DNA of 64,000 nucleotides from an uncultured Gammaproteobacteria bacterium (GTDB lineage: Bacteria; Pseudomonadota; Gammaproteobacteria; UBA9214): NCBI GenBank assembly GCA_963712695.1, contig CAVQJD010000023.1, forward strand, positions 47,832 through 111,831, given 5' to 3'. Position numbers and translations under genes: made by a program. The notes beneath the pieces are model-generated. The model saw only the letters and a list, made by a program, of their open reading frames with translations, ran no database searches and had not been told where the DNA came from. This document shows, piece after piece, positions 1 to 10,276 of the stretch (position 1 is the first letter of the stretch; each line of letters starts with the position of its first letter).

Positions 1-502
1 GTTAAACGCAGCTGTGAAGGCACTGGCAACCGCCTGCAATTCACTGATTTCAGGTTTCTCCATCCCGACTCCAGCTGCCTGCAAGTTTTCTTCCTCGACC
101 CCCGAGTCACTTGCAGCAAGGTGGCGGCCGTCGCCATCCTTGTCAGCACACTCGCTTATCCAGCCATCCCCGTCAGGTCCCGTATTAATCATGTCTTGTT
201 CCCTATCCACACATTCCCGATCCAGGTTCTCGCAGCCGTCAGCCCGCGGGACATCTCTACATTGGACTTGCCATACCGGTCACTGGATCGACCAGCCAGC
301 AGACAGTTGATTGTTGGAGTTATTTTGTTCGGAATCACGAACTATCCAGCCCACAACCACCCTCGTGGAAGCTATCGGCAGCACCCAATACGCCTTTACA
401 ATCAGTTGAATAGTCGAATTGTGAGATAACTGCAGGAAGTCGTGATACTGCGCCGGATATCACCCGTGCCTGGTGCCCCCGGGATCAATACCGATAAACG
501 GC

Positions 503-1108
503 TCAGGCTGTGCCATGCGCAACCAGGCTGAAGCTGCGGCTGCGATCGGTACGCAAGCGTGTGATACCGGCATTCGCGACGTGAATGCGGTACATTGCCG
601 CCGCCGGCATGTCGAGCACCGCAACAAGAACGGCGCGGATCACGCCGGCATGTGCCACCACGAGCACTCTCTGCCCGGCGTGCTCCTCGAGCAGTGCATC
701 GAAACCGGCCCGCACGCGCGCGACAAAGGCATCCAGCGGTTCGGCACCCGGCGGCCGCGCACCGAACGGATCCTGAAGGAAGCGCTCCACCTGCCCTGGA
801 TCCTGTTGCTCCAGCTCCGCCCGAGTACAGCCCTCCCACAGCCCGAATCCCACCTCGGCAAAACGCGTCTCAACCTGCAACGGGAGGGCGTGACGCACAC
901 ACAGCGCCTCGGCAAAGGCATGACAGCGCAGCAAGGGTGAGCTCACGACCCGTTGCCAGGGCGGACGCCCCGCTACCGCATCCCACATCTGTTGCCAGCC
1001 CAGCTCGCTGAGCGGGTCATCACGCTGGCCGCGAAAGCGGCTGCCGCCGACCGGCTCGCCATGGCGCAACAGCTCGATTACGGTTTCAGGTGCGTCCGGC
1101 TCAGGCAT
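503..1108 (-). CDS. histidine phosphatase family protein (phosphoglycerate mutase / alpha-ribazole phosphatase-like)
   Basis: ORF 503..1183. Catalytic RHG motif (ELLRHGEP) near the N-terminus and a later VVAHAGVIR block. Start moved to the ATG at 1108 (MPEPDAPETVIELLRHG), which overlaps the ampD stop by 8 nt. Confidence 0.7.
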   Translation of the reverse strand: MPEPDAPETVIELLRHGEPVGGSRFRGQRDDPLSELGWQQMWDAVAGRPPWQRVVSSPLLRCHAFAEALCVRHALPLQVETRFAEVGFGLWEGCTRAELEQQDPGQVERFLQDPFGARPPGAEPLDAFVARVRAGFDALLEEHAGQRVLVVAHAGVIRAVLVAVLDMPAAAMYRIHVANAGITRLRTDRSRSFSLVAHGTA

Positions 1109-1661
1109 ACCGGGTACCAAGCCGCGACCTGAACATGGCCCAGTCGAATGCCGGCCCGGGATCGGTCTTGCGCCCGGGTGCAATATCGCTGTGCCCGGCG
1201 ATCGCCCGGGAGGACAGGCCTGGATAGGTGCACACCAGCGTCTCCGTCACCGCGGCAAGCCGCTCGTACTGGACCGGCGTATAGGGTTCCTCGTCCTGGC
1301 CCTCCAGTTCGATGCCAATGGAAAAATCGTTGCAGGCAAAGCGCCCGTTGAAACAGGATTCACCGGCATGCCAGGCACGCTTGTCGAATGGCACGTACTG
1401 GATCAGCTCGCCATCACGGCGAATCAACAGGTGGCTGGACACCCTGAGTCCGGCAATTTCCAGAAAATAGGGATGCTCGGCGGGATCCAGACAGTTGGTG
1501 AACAGGCGGTCGATTGCCGAACCGCCATAACAGCCGGGCGGCAGGCTGATGCCGTGGATGACAATCAATTCGGGGACACAGCCTGCCGGTCGCTCATCGA
1601 AGTTCGGCGATTCCAGCTGACGTATGCCACGCAGGCGGTGTGTTACAGGATCGATTTCCAC
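1101..1661 (-). CDS. ampD: 1,6-anhydro-N-acetylmuramyl-L-alanine amidase AmpD
   Basis: 186-aa ORF with the AmpD-type amidase_2 layout (SPNFDERP, LIVIHGISLPPG, AWHAGES, HSDIAPGRKTDPG). Confidence 0.85.
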   Translation of the reverse strand: MEIDPVTHRLRGIRQLESPNFDERPAGCVPELIVIHGISLPPGCYGGSAIDRLFTNCLDPAEHPYFLEIAGLRVSSHLLIRRDGELIQYVPFDKRAWHAGESCFNGRFACNDFSIGIELEGQDEEPYTPVQYERLAAVTETLVCTYPGLSSRAIAGHSDIAPGRKTDPGPAFDWAMFRSRLGTRYA

Positions 1662-1844
1662 GAGTCGGCCAGTACCTCATCATTCAGACACAGGATAATA
1701 TACCGTGATCTCCGCCGGGTTGAGCGCCCTGGAGCGGCAAACCTGCAGCTGGGATAAACCGGCCGGCAGGTGGCCAAGTTTGACCCGCAGGCGGTCTGAT
1801 CGGCTAGAATAGCCGCCTCGCATGCCTGCAGCCGCGGAGCCGCA

Positions 1845-2513
1845 ATGAAGAAACTACCTGTCATCCTGGTCCTGTTCCTGATACTGGCCGGCAGCGCCCG
1901 CGCCGAGACACGTTATGTCAGCGACAGCCTGGAAATCACCATGCGCAGCGGCAAGGGTAACAGCTTCAGCATCACCCGGATGCTGTCCAGCGGCACACCT
2001 CTGGAGGTACTGGAGGTCGACAAGGACGCGGGCTATACACGGGTACGTACCAAGAGCGGCAAGGAAGGCTGGGTACTGACACGCTATCTGATGAAGACCG
2101 AGGCTGCACGCGACCGTCTGGCCAGTGCAGAAAAGAATCTCGCGGAAATGGAACTGGAAAAACGCAAGCTGGAAACTGCCATGACGGCGCTGAGCACGGA
2201 AAAGAATGCACTGGCGAAGGAACTCGAAGCGCTAACCGGCACGAATCGAAAGGTTAGCCAGGACCTGGCGGAGATCAAGCGCACCGCGTCCAGCGCGCTG
2301 GCGATAGACTCGGAGAACAAGGAGCTGAAATCCAGGGTGGTGTCACTTGAGCGCGACATGCAGACACTGCGCCAGGAGAACGAGGGGCTGCGTGACCGCA
2401 CTGCACGTGACTGGTTCATGGTGGGTGCAGCGGTGGTACTGCTCGGCATCGTAGTCGGCCTGATCATTCCGCGCATTCGCTGGCGCAAGAAATCGAGCTG
2501 GGATACGTTCTGA
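1845..2513 (+). CDS. SH3 domain-containing membrane-anchored protein (YgiM-like)
   Basis: Signal peptide, SH3b-like block (GYTRVRTKSGKEGWVLTRYL), long coiled coil, then a C-terminal TM helix and basic tail. Confidence 0.7.
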   Translation: MKKLPVILVLFLILAGSARAETRYVSDSLEITMRSGKGNSFSITRMLSSGTPLEVLEVDKDAGYTRVRTKSGKEGWVLTRYLMKTEAARDRLASAEKNLAEMELEKRKLETAMTALSTEKNALAKELEALTGTNRKVSQDLAEIKRTASSALAIDSENKELKSRVVSLERDMQTLRQENEGLRDRTARDWFMVGAAVVLLGIVVGLIIPRIRWRKKSSWDTF

Positions 2514-2544
2514 TGCAGCCCCCCGGCTATTGACTACCAGCCGG

Positions 2545-4224
2545 CTATTCGTCCGTCACGCAGCCTTCCGATGCATCCTTTACCAGACTGATATATTTAC
2601 GCAGCGTGCCACGCTCCGCCTTGTAGGGCGGCATCTGCCAGGCCGCACGACGCCGATCCATATCGGCCGCGCTGACTGCAACCGACAGTGTCTTGTTCTC
2701 GGCGTCGATGGTGATGACATCGCCATCACGCACCAGCGCAATCGGCCCACCTTCCTGCGCCTCGGGGACGATATGCCCGATGATGAAGCCGTGCGAGCCA
2801 CCGGAAAAACGCCCGTCGGTCAGTAGCGCCACGTCCTGGCCAAGTCCGGCACCCATGATGGCCGAGGTCGGTGTCAGCATTTCCGGCATGCCGGGACCGC
2901 CCTTCGGCCCCTCGTAGCGGATCACCACCACGTCACCCTTGCCGATTCGACCCTGTTCGAGCGCCTTGAGCATATCCTCCTCGGCATCGAATACCTTTGC
3001 CGGACCACTGAAATGCAACCCTTCCTTGCCGGTGATCTTGGCGACCGACCCGCCCGGTGCCAGGTTGCCCTTGAGTATCTGGATATGGCCGCTGGACTTG
3101 ATCGGGTCGGACAGCGCATGAAACACGTCCTGTCCCGCCTTCAGCCCGGGCAGGTCGTGCAGGTTTTCCGCAACTGTCCTGCCAGTGACGGTCAGGCAGT
3201 CGCCGTTCAGGAGTCCCTCCCCGAGCAGGTATTTCATAACCGCCGGCGTACCACCAACGTTGTGCAGGTCCTCCATCACATATTTGCCACTGGGCTTGAG
3301 ATCGGCCAGGAACGGGATGCGGTCACTGACGGCCTGAAAATCGTCAATGGTGAGCGGCACGTTCACGGACCGCGCCATGGCAATCAGGTGCAGCACGGCA
3401 TTGGTTGATCCCCCCGTAGCCATGATGATGACCATGGCATTTTCGAAGGCCTCGCGCGTCATGATGTCGCGCGGCTTTATGTCTTTTTCCAGCAGGTTGA
3501 GGATGGCCTTGCCGGCACTGTAGCACTCGGCCAGTTTGCCCGGATCGACTGCCGGCGTGGAGGAACTGTACGGCAGTGACATGCCCATTGCCTCGATGGC
3601 AGATGCCATGGTATTGGCCGTGTACATGCCTCCACAGGCTCCAGGCCCCGGACAGGCGTGATCGACGATGTTACGTCGTGTCTGCTCGTCGATCTTGCCG
3701 GCGATAAATTCGCCGTAACTCTGGAATGCGGACACGATATCGAGTGTCTGATTGTGGTAGTGGCCAGGCTTGATGGTTCCGCCGTAAATCATCAGTGCAG
3801 GCCGGTTGAGTCGGCCCATGGCAATCAGGCAGCCGGGCATGTTTTTATCGCAACCCGGCAACGAAATATTCGCGTCATACCATTGCGCACTCATCACGGT
3901 CTCGATGGAATCCGCGATCAGGTCGCGCGACTGCAGCGAGTAGCTCATGCCCTCGGTACCCATGGAAATCCCGTCGCTGACCCCAATGGTATTGAAGCGC
4001 ATGCCAACCAGTCCCGCAGCGACCACCCCTTCATGCACCTTTGCGGCAAGGTCGTTGAGATGCATGTTGCAGGTATTGCCCTCGTACCAGACGCTGGCAA
4101 TGCCGACCTGCGCCTTGTTCATGTCGGCATCCGTAAGCCCCGTGCCATGCAACATGGCTTGCGATGCGCCCTGTGACTTGGGCTGGGTGATGCGTGAACT
4201 GTAGCGGTTCAGCGGCTTGGTCAT
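2545..4224 (-). CDS. ilvD: dihydroxy-acid dehydratase
   Basis: 559-aa ORF with ILVD/EDD family signatures ([27 protein letters not shown]). Confidence 0.95.
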   Translation of the reverse strand: MTKPLNRYSSRITQPKSQGASQAMLHGTGLTDADMNKAQVGIASVWYEGNTCNMHLNDLAAKVHEGVVAAGLVGMRFNTIGVSDGISMGTEGMSYSLQSRDLIADSIETVMSAQWYDANISLPGCDKNMPGCLIAMGRLNRPALMIYGGTIKPGHYHNQTLDIVSAFQSYGEFIAGKIDEQTRRNIVDHACPGPGACGGMYTANTMASAIEAMGMSLPYSSSTPAVDPGKLAECYSAGKAILNLLEKDIKPRDIMTREAFENAMVIIMATGGSTNAVLHLIAMARSVNVPLTIDDFQAVSDRIPFLADLKPSGKYVMEDLHNVGGTPAVMKYLLGEGLLNGDCLTVTGRTVAENLHDLPGLKAGQDVFHALSDPIKSSGHIQILKGNLAPGGSVAKITGKEGLHFSGPAKVFDAEEDMLKALEQGRIGKGDVVVIRYEGPKGGPGMPEMLTPTSAIMGAGLGQDVALLTDGRFSGGSHGFIIGHIVPEAQEGGPIALVRDGDVITIDAENKTLSVAVSAADMDRRRAAWQMPPYKAERGTLRKYISLVKDASEGCVTDE

Positions 4225-4491
4225 GCTCTGCTCCGGTTGTTTCAGACAATAAGGGTTGTGGCGGACAGCTAACTATACAGAGGGACCTGCCGGCCCTGAA
4301 ACAGGCAGTCGCTTGACAGCCGGCAGCACTCGGCAACATCGAGCGAAGAGATTCCGCACGGTGTGACAGACTGCCTGCCCAGGCACCCCTACCCGGCTGG
4401 ACATGATGCAGCGTCAGAATTTTGTCATATGAAAACCCTAATTCATTAGAGTTAACAGGTACTTATAAAAAGCCCAGACATTAAAAAAATC

Positions 4492-4520
4492 TTGCAGATC
4501 AGAACTGCCAGTCGTAGTAT
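4492..4520 (+). promoter_or_regulatory. sigma70-like promoter candidate
   Basis: TTGCAG (4492-4497), a 17-nt spacer, then TAGTAT (4515-4520), in an AT-rich tract about 50 nt upstream of the small ORF at 4569. Confidence 0.3.
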
Positions 4521-4568
4521 ATAAGCAGTTGCTTATTTTACGATGTTCTAAACATCAGGAGGTGCAAC

Positions 4569-4721
4569 ATGTACTTTGACAACCTGACCCTGATATCGCT
4601 GCTGGTGTTCCTAGTCGCGTTTGGTGCATTTGTGTATTCATGCCTGTTCCGTAACTGCGTCACGAATAGCTCCAGAGATGCCAGACGCAAGGACGAGAAG
4701 GACGATACCGACCGGCACTAG
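4569..4721 (+). CDS. small membrane protein (50 aa), hypothetical
   Basis: Below the ORF-track size cutoff. ATG at 4569 is preceded by AGGAGGTG (4557-4564). One hydrophobic helix (LTLISLLVFLVAFGAFVYSCLF) and a charged tail (RDARRKDEKDDTDRH). Stop TAG at 4719-4721. Confidence 0.45.
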   Translation: MYFDNLTLISLLVFLVAFGAFVYSCLFRNCVTNSSRDARRKDEKDDTDRH

Positions 4722-4804
4722 TAGACATAGCTTGTGCTATACATCCAGGTGAAGTTCAACCGTTCACCGTCAGCCGCGCGCAATCCAATCGCGCGCGGGA
4801 GAGG

Positions 4805-5150
4805 GGGGGGTTGAGGTTGACGCCTGTGGAGCAGTGAAGCGTTGGCAGCTTCCATGCGTTGTGGTCGCACCGATTACCAGTCTGGCGACGCCGGGACGTT
4901 GTACGATTCGATAGTACAACACGTGTACACCCTGCCCGATGAAACGGTCGTTTACCCCGGCCATGGATCAGGGGAGCGGATGTCATCAACCAACGGGGGC
5001 AGAAAATAATTCCAACGCCCGCATCATCCGCAAGGGTGTGGACCGGGATGCATTCATTATGCTCATGAACAGCCTCAAGCTGGACCCGCCCGAGCGAATG
5101 CATGAGGTATTGCCATCCAATCTGCGTTGCGGAATCCATGCCTGGGGCAA
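4805..5150 (+). pseudogene. 5'-truncated, frameshifted remnant of an MBL-fold hydrolase (ETHE1/persulfide-dioxygenase-like C-terminal third)
   Basis: One frame reads CGRTDYQSGDAGTLYDSIVQHVYTLPDETVVYPGHG...SST and stops at 5007. A second frame continues AENNSNARIIRKGVDRDAFIMLMNSLKLDPPERMHEVLPSNLRCG. The switch lies at the G5 run 4995-4999. There is no room upstream for the N-terminal two thirds. Confidence 0.6.
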
Positions 5151-5564
5151 CAATGGCTGGCCGGCTGCTAGCGCTCCACGCACACCCGCACCTGTCATCC
5201 TGAACGAACCCTGCAGACAATCCGCCGAGCCCGGTATATTCAGGAATCAGAAACCGTGCATGACTGCTGCGCATGACGGGATAATTTCACGACCTTAAAA
5301 CATCACGCCAGCGGCCTGGCCCGGGATTTCTCTCCCGGATGTCGCGGCGAGCATCAAGGCCTCGCTGTGCGGATTGATCTGCCAAAGCCCGCTTTTCATC
5401 TCTCTCGTCAGATCTGTAGTGACCGGCCGTTGCAGCTGCAGCTGCATACCGGTTGCGCCCTTCAAGTCCCTACCCCCCCGGCCGATTATTTCGAGGTTAC
5501 TACCCATACAGGGAATATCCCCATACCCCCTATTTCCGTACCAATCAGGGAGCCAGGCCAGCAC

Positions 5565-7538
5565 ATGAAGGACAATACCCGGATAGTGATAATGCTGGGT
5601 GTGACGGCCGTGCTGGGACTGATGTTTGCACTTGCCTCTGTTGCGCTTATGCAAATGCATGCCATCAATAACCGTATGGGGACACTCGTTGAGGTGACCA
5701 ACGCAAAAACGGCAGCTGCAAACGAGATGCGCGACGCAATCAGGATCCGTGCCCACAGCCTCAAGAAGATGCAGCTCGCACAGGACATCTTCGATCGCGA
5801 TGAGGAGTACCAGCGCTTCGTCAGCCACGCAGGAAAGTACCGCACCGCCAGAGAACGCCTGTCCGGTCTGGGTATGACCCCGCAGGAGTCTGACATCCAT
5901 GCCAAATTGCAACAACTGACCCGGTTGTCACAGCCGCTCAGCGAGAGCGCATCCATACTGCTGATGGAAGATGCCGCAAACGATGAAGTCTTATCAGCAG
6001 TGCAGAATGTAGCATCACTGCAGGAACTGATGCTCAAGGAACTCGATGCACTGGTCAATCTCGAACAGCAGACCACGGAACAGACACTTGCGGACAGCCG
6101 CTTGCACTACCAGCGCACGAGAAACCTGCTGGTCATACTGATCTGCATAACACTGCTGTTCTGCTTTTTGCTGGCCAGAATCATAAGCCGCTATGTCGCT
6201 ACCAAGAACAGACAGCTGAATTACCAGTCAACCCATGACGCCCTGACCGGTCTCATCAACCGGGGCGAGTTCGAGAAACGCATCGAGCGCGCAATCCGTA
6301 ATGCGCAGGCACAGCCGGCCGCACACACCCTGATGTACCTCGATCTTGACCAGTTCAAGGTCATCAACGACATTTGTGGTCATGCAGCCGGCGACCGACT
6401 GCTGCAGCAGCTTGCTGGCCTTTTGCTGGGCTCGGTGCGGCACCGCGATACCCTCGGGCGGCTGGGGGGCGATGAATTCGGACTGCTGCTGGAGAACTGC
6501 CCGCTGGACAAGGCGGTGGGCATCGCAAGCAAGCTGCTCAAGTCGATCGAAGAATTCCATTTCAGCTGGCAGAACGACACTTTCACTCTCGGTATCTGTA
6601 TAGGCGTCGTTCCCATCGACGAAACGACTTCCGATATCGCAAGCGCGATGAGCGCGGCAGATTCCGCCTGTTACCTTGCCAAGGAGTCCGGGCGCAACCA
6701 GATCCAGGTCGCCTACCTGGGCGATCGCCAGCTCCAGCAGCGACGCAGCGAGATGCAGTGGGTCTCGCGCCTGACGCGCGCCCTCGAACAGAACCAGTTC
6801 GAACTGTACTACATGCAGATCGTCCCCAGCGCTGACAGCAATGGCGCCGGCAAGTTCATGGAACTGCTGCTGCGCATGATCGATGACGACGGTTCCGTGA
6901 TTTCACCACGCGTGTTCATACCGCCTGCGGAAAAATACAATATGGTTACCGCCATCGACCGCTGGGTAATCGATCAGGCCCTGCAATGGCTGGCAGACCA
7001 CAGCGCCGAGCACAACTGGCCCATCACTATCGCCATCAACCTGTCCGCGCAGAGCCTCACCAGTCATGAAATGCTGAAATATATCATCGACCGCGCGGAA
7101 CAGACCGGTGCACCCCCCGAACGGATAATCTTTGAAGTCACCGAGAACGCTGCCATCTCGAACATTTCCACGGCAACCGGTTTTATGCTTACACTGCGTG
7201 GCCGCGGTTTCCGGTTCATGCTGGACGATTTTGGCAGCGGCCTGTCTTCTTTTACCTACCTCAAGAAACTGCCGGTCGATTTTCTCAAGATCGATGGCAG
7301 TTTCGTGCGCGATATACTCTCGGATCCGGTCGATTATGCGATGGTAAGGTCTATCAACGAACTCGGGCAACTGCTCGACAAGCAGACCATCGCCGAGCAT
7401 GTGGAAACGCTTGCAGTCGCCGCCGAACTGCGCGATCTGGGCGTCGACTTCCTGCAGGGCTACGCCTATGCAGGACCCGAGCCGCTGAGTAGTTTCACCC
7501 ATGCGAGCAAACCGCGCCTCGTGATTGTCTCGCGCTGA
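5565..7538 (+). CDS. membrane sensor diguanylate cyclase/phosphodiesterase (GGDEF-EAL)
   Basis: ORF 5367..7538, start moved to MKDNTRIV at 5565. Two TM segments flank a helical sensor region. GGDEF motif (RLGGDEFGLLL) and EAL-domain blocks (EVTENAAI, DDFGSGLSSF, KIDGSFV). Confidence 0.9.
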   Translation: MKDNTRIVIMLGVTAVLGLMFALASVALMQMHAINNRMGTLVEVTNAKTAAANEMRDAIRIRAHSLKKMQLAQDIFDRDEEYQRFVSHAGKYRTARERLSGLGMTPQESDIHAKLQQLTRLSQPLSESASILLMEDAANDEVLSAVQNVASLQELMLKELDALVNLEQQTTEQTLADSRLHYQRTRNLLVILICITLLFCFLLARIISRYVATKNRQLNYQSTHDALTGLINRGEFEKRIERAIRNAQAQPAAHTLMYLDLDQFKVINDICGHAAGDRLLQQLAGLLLGSVRHRDTLGRLGGDEFGLLLENCPLDKAVGIASKLLKSIEEFHFSWQNDTFTLGICIGVVPIDETTSDIASAMSAADSACYLAKESGRNQIQVAYLGDRQLQQRRSEMQWVSRLTRALEQNQFELYYMQIVPSADSNGAGKFMELLLRMIDDDGSVISPRVFIPPAEKYNMVTAIDRWVIDQALQWLADHSAEHNWPITIAINLSAQSLTSHEMLKYIIDRAEQTGAPPERIIFEVTENAAISNISTATGFMLTLRGRGFRFMLDDFGSGLSSFTYLKKLPVDFLKIDGSFVRDILSDPVDYAMVRSINELGQLLDKQTIAEHVETLAVAAELRDLGVDFLQGYAYAGPEPLSSFTHASKPRLVIVSR

Positions 7539-7617
7539 ATCGCGCCCTGCACGGCAAATGCACGTCATCCGGATCGATGCGCTATAGTCAACCCTGCGAA
7601 TACGACCGGTATCCAGA

Positions 7618-8784
7618 ATGACGCTCACCCTCTCACTGCTGGACATGATCAGGGCGCTGATCGGCACCCCGTCTGTCAGCTGTGTCGACCCGGCACTCGA
7701 TCAGGGCAACCGTGCTGTTGTCGAGTTGCTGGCAGGCTGGCTCGAGACGGCCGGTTTTAGCGTCGAGCTCATGCCGCTGCCGGGTGAACCGGCCAAGGCA
7801 AATCTGATAGCGACACTGGGCGGCGGACCGGGCGGACTGGTTCTGGCCGGCCACACCGATACTGTACCCTACGATCACGGCGCCTGGCGGTTTGATCCAT
7901 TTCGCCTGACAGAAGCCGACCAGCGCCTGTATGGCCTGGGCACTTCGGACATGAAGGCTTTCCTGGCGCTTGCCATCGAAGCCTGCCGGGGGCTGCAGGC
8001 TGGAGATCTGCGCACGCCGCTGATCATACTGGCAACGGCCGATGAGGAAACTTCCATGTCCGGCGCGCGTGCCCTGGTGGAGCGACAACGCCCGCTTGCG
8101 CGACACGCCGTGATCGGCGAACCGACCGGCCTGCGGCCGGTGCGTATGCACAAGGGTATTTTCATGGAACGTATCCGGCTGCACGGCCACGCCGGCCATT
8201 CCAGCAATCCGGCACTTGGCAACAGCGCCCTGGAAGCCATGCACCGCGTGATTGGCAACATCCTGGCGTGGCGCGCCGCATTGCAGACCCGCTATAAAAA
8301 TGCGCTGTTCACCATCCCGATGCCGACTCTCAACCTCGGTCATATCCACGGGGGCGACAACCCGAACCGCATTTGCGCTGACTGCGAACTGCAACTCGAC
8401 CTGCGCCCCCTGCCCGGCATGGACATCAACGAACTGCGCGGAGAACTGCACAGGCAAGTCACCGACACCCTGATGGACAGTGGCATCATGGTACGCTTTG
8501 ATGCTCTGTTTGAAGGTATCCCTGCGATGGAAACCGCCGCCACAGCGCCTATCGTTCAGCTGGCCGAACAGCTCACCGGACACACCGCGGAGGCCGTTGC
8601 CTTCGCCACGGAGGCGCCCTACCTGCAGCAACTCGGAATGGACACGATCATCCTGGGACCGGGCAACATCGAACAGGCGCATCAGCCGGACGAGTATCTT
8701 GCGCTGGCGCGGTTGCAACCGACCGTCGACCTGCTGCGACGGATGATTAAATCCGTTTGTATCAACACAGACCGCTTGCTATAA
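7618..8784 (+). CDS. argE: acetylornithine deacetylase
   Basis: 388-aa M20-family ORF with an ArgE-like N-terminus (LIGTPSVS..., GHTDTVPYD, GLGTSDMK). Confidence 0.9.
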   Translation: MTLTLSLLDMIRALIGTPSVSCVDPALDQGNRAVVELLAGWLETAGFSVELMPLPGEPAKANLIATLGGGPGGLVLAGHTDTVPYDHGAWRFDPFRLTEADQRLYGLGTSDMKAFLALAIEACRGLQAGDLRTPLIILATADEETSMSGARALVERQRPLARHAVIGEPTGLRPVRMHKGIFMERIRLHGHAGHSSNPALGNSALEAMHRVIGNILAWRAALQTRYKNALFTIPMPTLNLGHIHGGDNPNRICADCELQLDLRPLPGMDINELRGELHRQVTDTLMDSGIMVRFDALFEGIPAMETAATAPIVQLAEQLTGHTAEAVAFATEAPYLQQLGMDTIILGPGNIEQAHQPDEYLALARLQPTVDLLRRMIKSVCINTDRLL

Positions 8785-8792
8785 CAGGCACC

Positions 8793-10118
8793 ATGAAAAA
8801 CAACGAACGCAACAGACAGTTCATAGACGGATTCAGGCATTCCGCGCCCTACATCCACGCGCACCGCGGCCGCACTTTCGTGCTGGTATTCGGTGGCGAG
8901 GCCGTGACAGATGCGCGCTTCCCCGGTTTGATCCACGATATCGCGCTGCTGCACAGTCTCGGCATCCAGCTGGTGCTGGTGCACGGCGCACGCCCCCAGA
9001 TCGAAAGGAAACTGTCTGCCGGAGGCATCCAGATGGAATATGCCAATGGCCTGCGCATTACTGATGATGCCGCGCTGGTCTGCGTCAAGGAGGCCGCGGG
9101 CTCGGTGCGTGTCGAAATCGAGGCCCTGCTCTCGATGGGGCTCGCGAATACACCGATGTCCGGCGCGCGTATCGGCGTCAGCTCGGGTAATTTCGTCACT
9201 GCACGACCGCTCGGTGTTCGCGACGGCATAGACTATTGTCACACCGGGGAAGTGCGGCGTATCGACGGGCAGGCTATCCGGCAGCATCTCGCCGACCGGC
9301 GGATTGTACTGCTCTCGCCGCTCGGTTATTCCCCGACCGGTGAAGTCTTCAACCTGAGTGCGGAGGAGATTGCCACCGCCACGGCTACCGAGCTGCAGGC
9401 CGACAAGCTGATACTGCTGAATGAGGGCGAATTACTGCGCGACCGGCGCAGGCGCCTGATTGCACAATTGACCGTCAACGAGGCACAGACACTGCTGGCT
9501 GCACGGCGGGGCATGACTGATACGCTGCGGCGACAGCTGCTCAGCGCCATCCAGGCCTGCCGCGGTAACGTACGGCGCGTGCACCTGCTCGACCGGCAGC
9601 AGGACGGCGCACTGTTGCTGGAACTGTTCACCCGCGACGGCCTCGGCACGCTGATTACCGCCGATCCCTTCGAGGGCCTGCGCCAGGCCACTATCGAGGA
9701 CGTCGGCGGCATTCTGGAACTGATCAAGCCGCTCGAACAACAAGGTATTCTCGTCAAGCGCTCCCGCGAGCTGCTGGAAATGGAGATCGGTCACTTCCTG
9801 GTGATCGAGCGTGACGGCACCATCATCGCGTGCGCGGCAGTCTATCCCGGCGACAGGCGTAGCCAGGCCGAACTTGCCTGCCTTGCCGTGCATGACGACT
9901 ACCGTAACGAAGGGCGTGGTGACGCCCTGCTGCAGGCGGTCGAACACCGGGCGATGCAGAACGGAATTGATCAGCTGGTCGTGTTGACGACCCACACGGC
10001 ACACTGGTTCAGGGAGCGCGGCTTCCTGCCAGGCGATTTGTCACACCTGCCTGCCAAAAAAAAGGCGCTTTACAACTATCAACGCAAATCAAAGGTGTTT
10101 TACAAGCTGCTGAACTAG
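8793..10118 (+). CDS. argA: amino-acid N-acetyltransferase (N-acetylglutamate synthase)
   Basis: ORF 8757..10118, start moved to MKNNERNRQFIDGFRHSAPYI at 8793. Amino-acid-kinase fold followed by a C-terminal GNAT domain. Lies next to argE. Confidence 0.9.
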   Translation: MKNNERNRQFIDGFRHSAPYIHAHRGRTFVLVFGGEAVTDARFPGLIHDIALLHSLGIQLVLVHGARPQIERKLSAGGIQMEYANGLRITDDAALVCVKEAAGSVRVEIEALLSMGLANTPMSGARIGVSSGNFVTARPLGVRDGIDYCHTGEVRRIDGQAIRQHLADRRIVLLSPLGYSPTGEVFNLSAEEIATATATELQADKLILLNEGELLRDRRRRLIAQLTVNEAQTLLAARRGMTDTLRRQLLSAIQACRGNVRRVHLLDRQQDGALLLELFTRDGLGTLITADPFEGLRQATIEDVGGILELIKPLEQQGILVKRSRELLEMEIGHFLVIERDGTIIACAAVYPGDRRSQAELACLAVHDDYRNEGRGDALLQAVEHRAMQNGIDQLVVLTTHTAHWFRERGFLPGDLSHLPAKKKALYNYQRKSKVFYKLLN

Positions 10119-10276
10119 CGTGCGCTGCAAACATGACAAAGCGCTTGTGTTCTGTAGAATATAGCGCGCGCGGACAGTGAGACCTGTATCAACGGAGGAT
10201 GCGGCAGCCGTTCAAACAGCATGATCCTGAAATACAAACACTCGCTTAACCAGAACTATTGCGGATATCTGCAGGC

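Noticed and set aside
1-210. Minus-strand ORF running off the left edge (…MINTGPDGDGWISECADKDGDG…MEKPEISELQAVASAFTAAFN), with a GGAG 6 nt before the ATG at 61-63.
   Set aside because: Only about 20-65 codons are visible and there is no diagnostic motif. The D-rich segment is merely suggestive of Ca-binding repeats. This is too little to call a feature.
7633-8718. Long antisense ORFs opposite real genes: 7633..8718, 12837..13913, 23182..24192, 38988..40160, 56157..57107, 57064..58014, 10394..11017, 8682..9287 and 27898..28725.
   Set aside because: These are typical high-G+C shadow ORFs. They have Arg/Gly/His/Gln-rich low-complexity translations and no recognisable motifs, and each lies fully inside a well-supported gene on the other strand.
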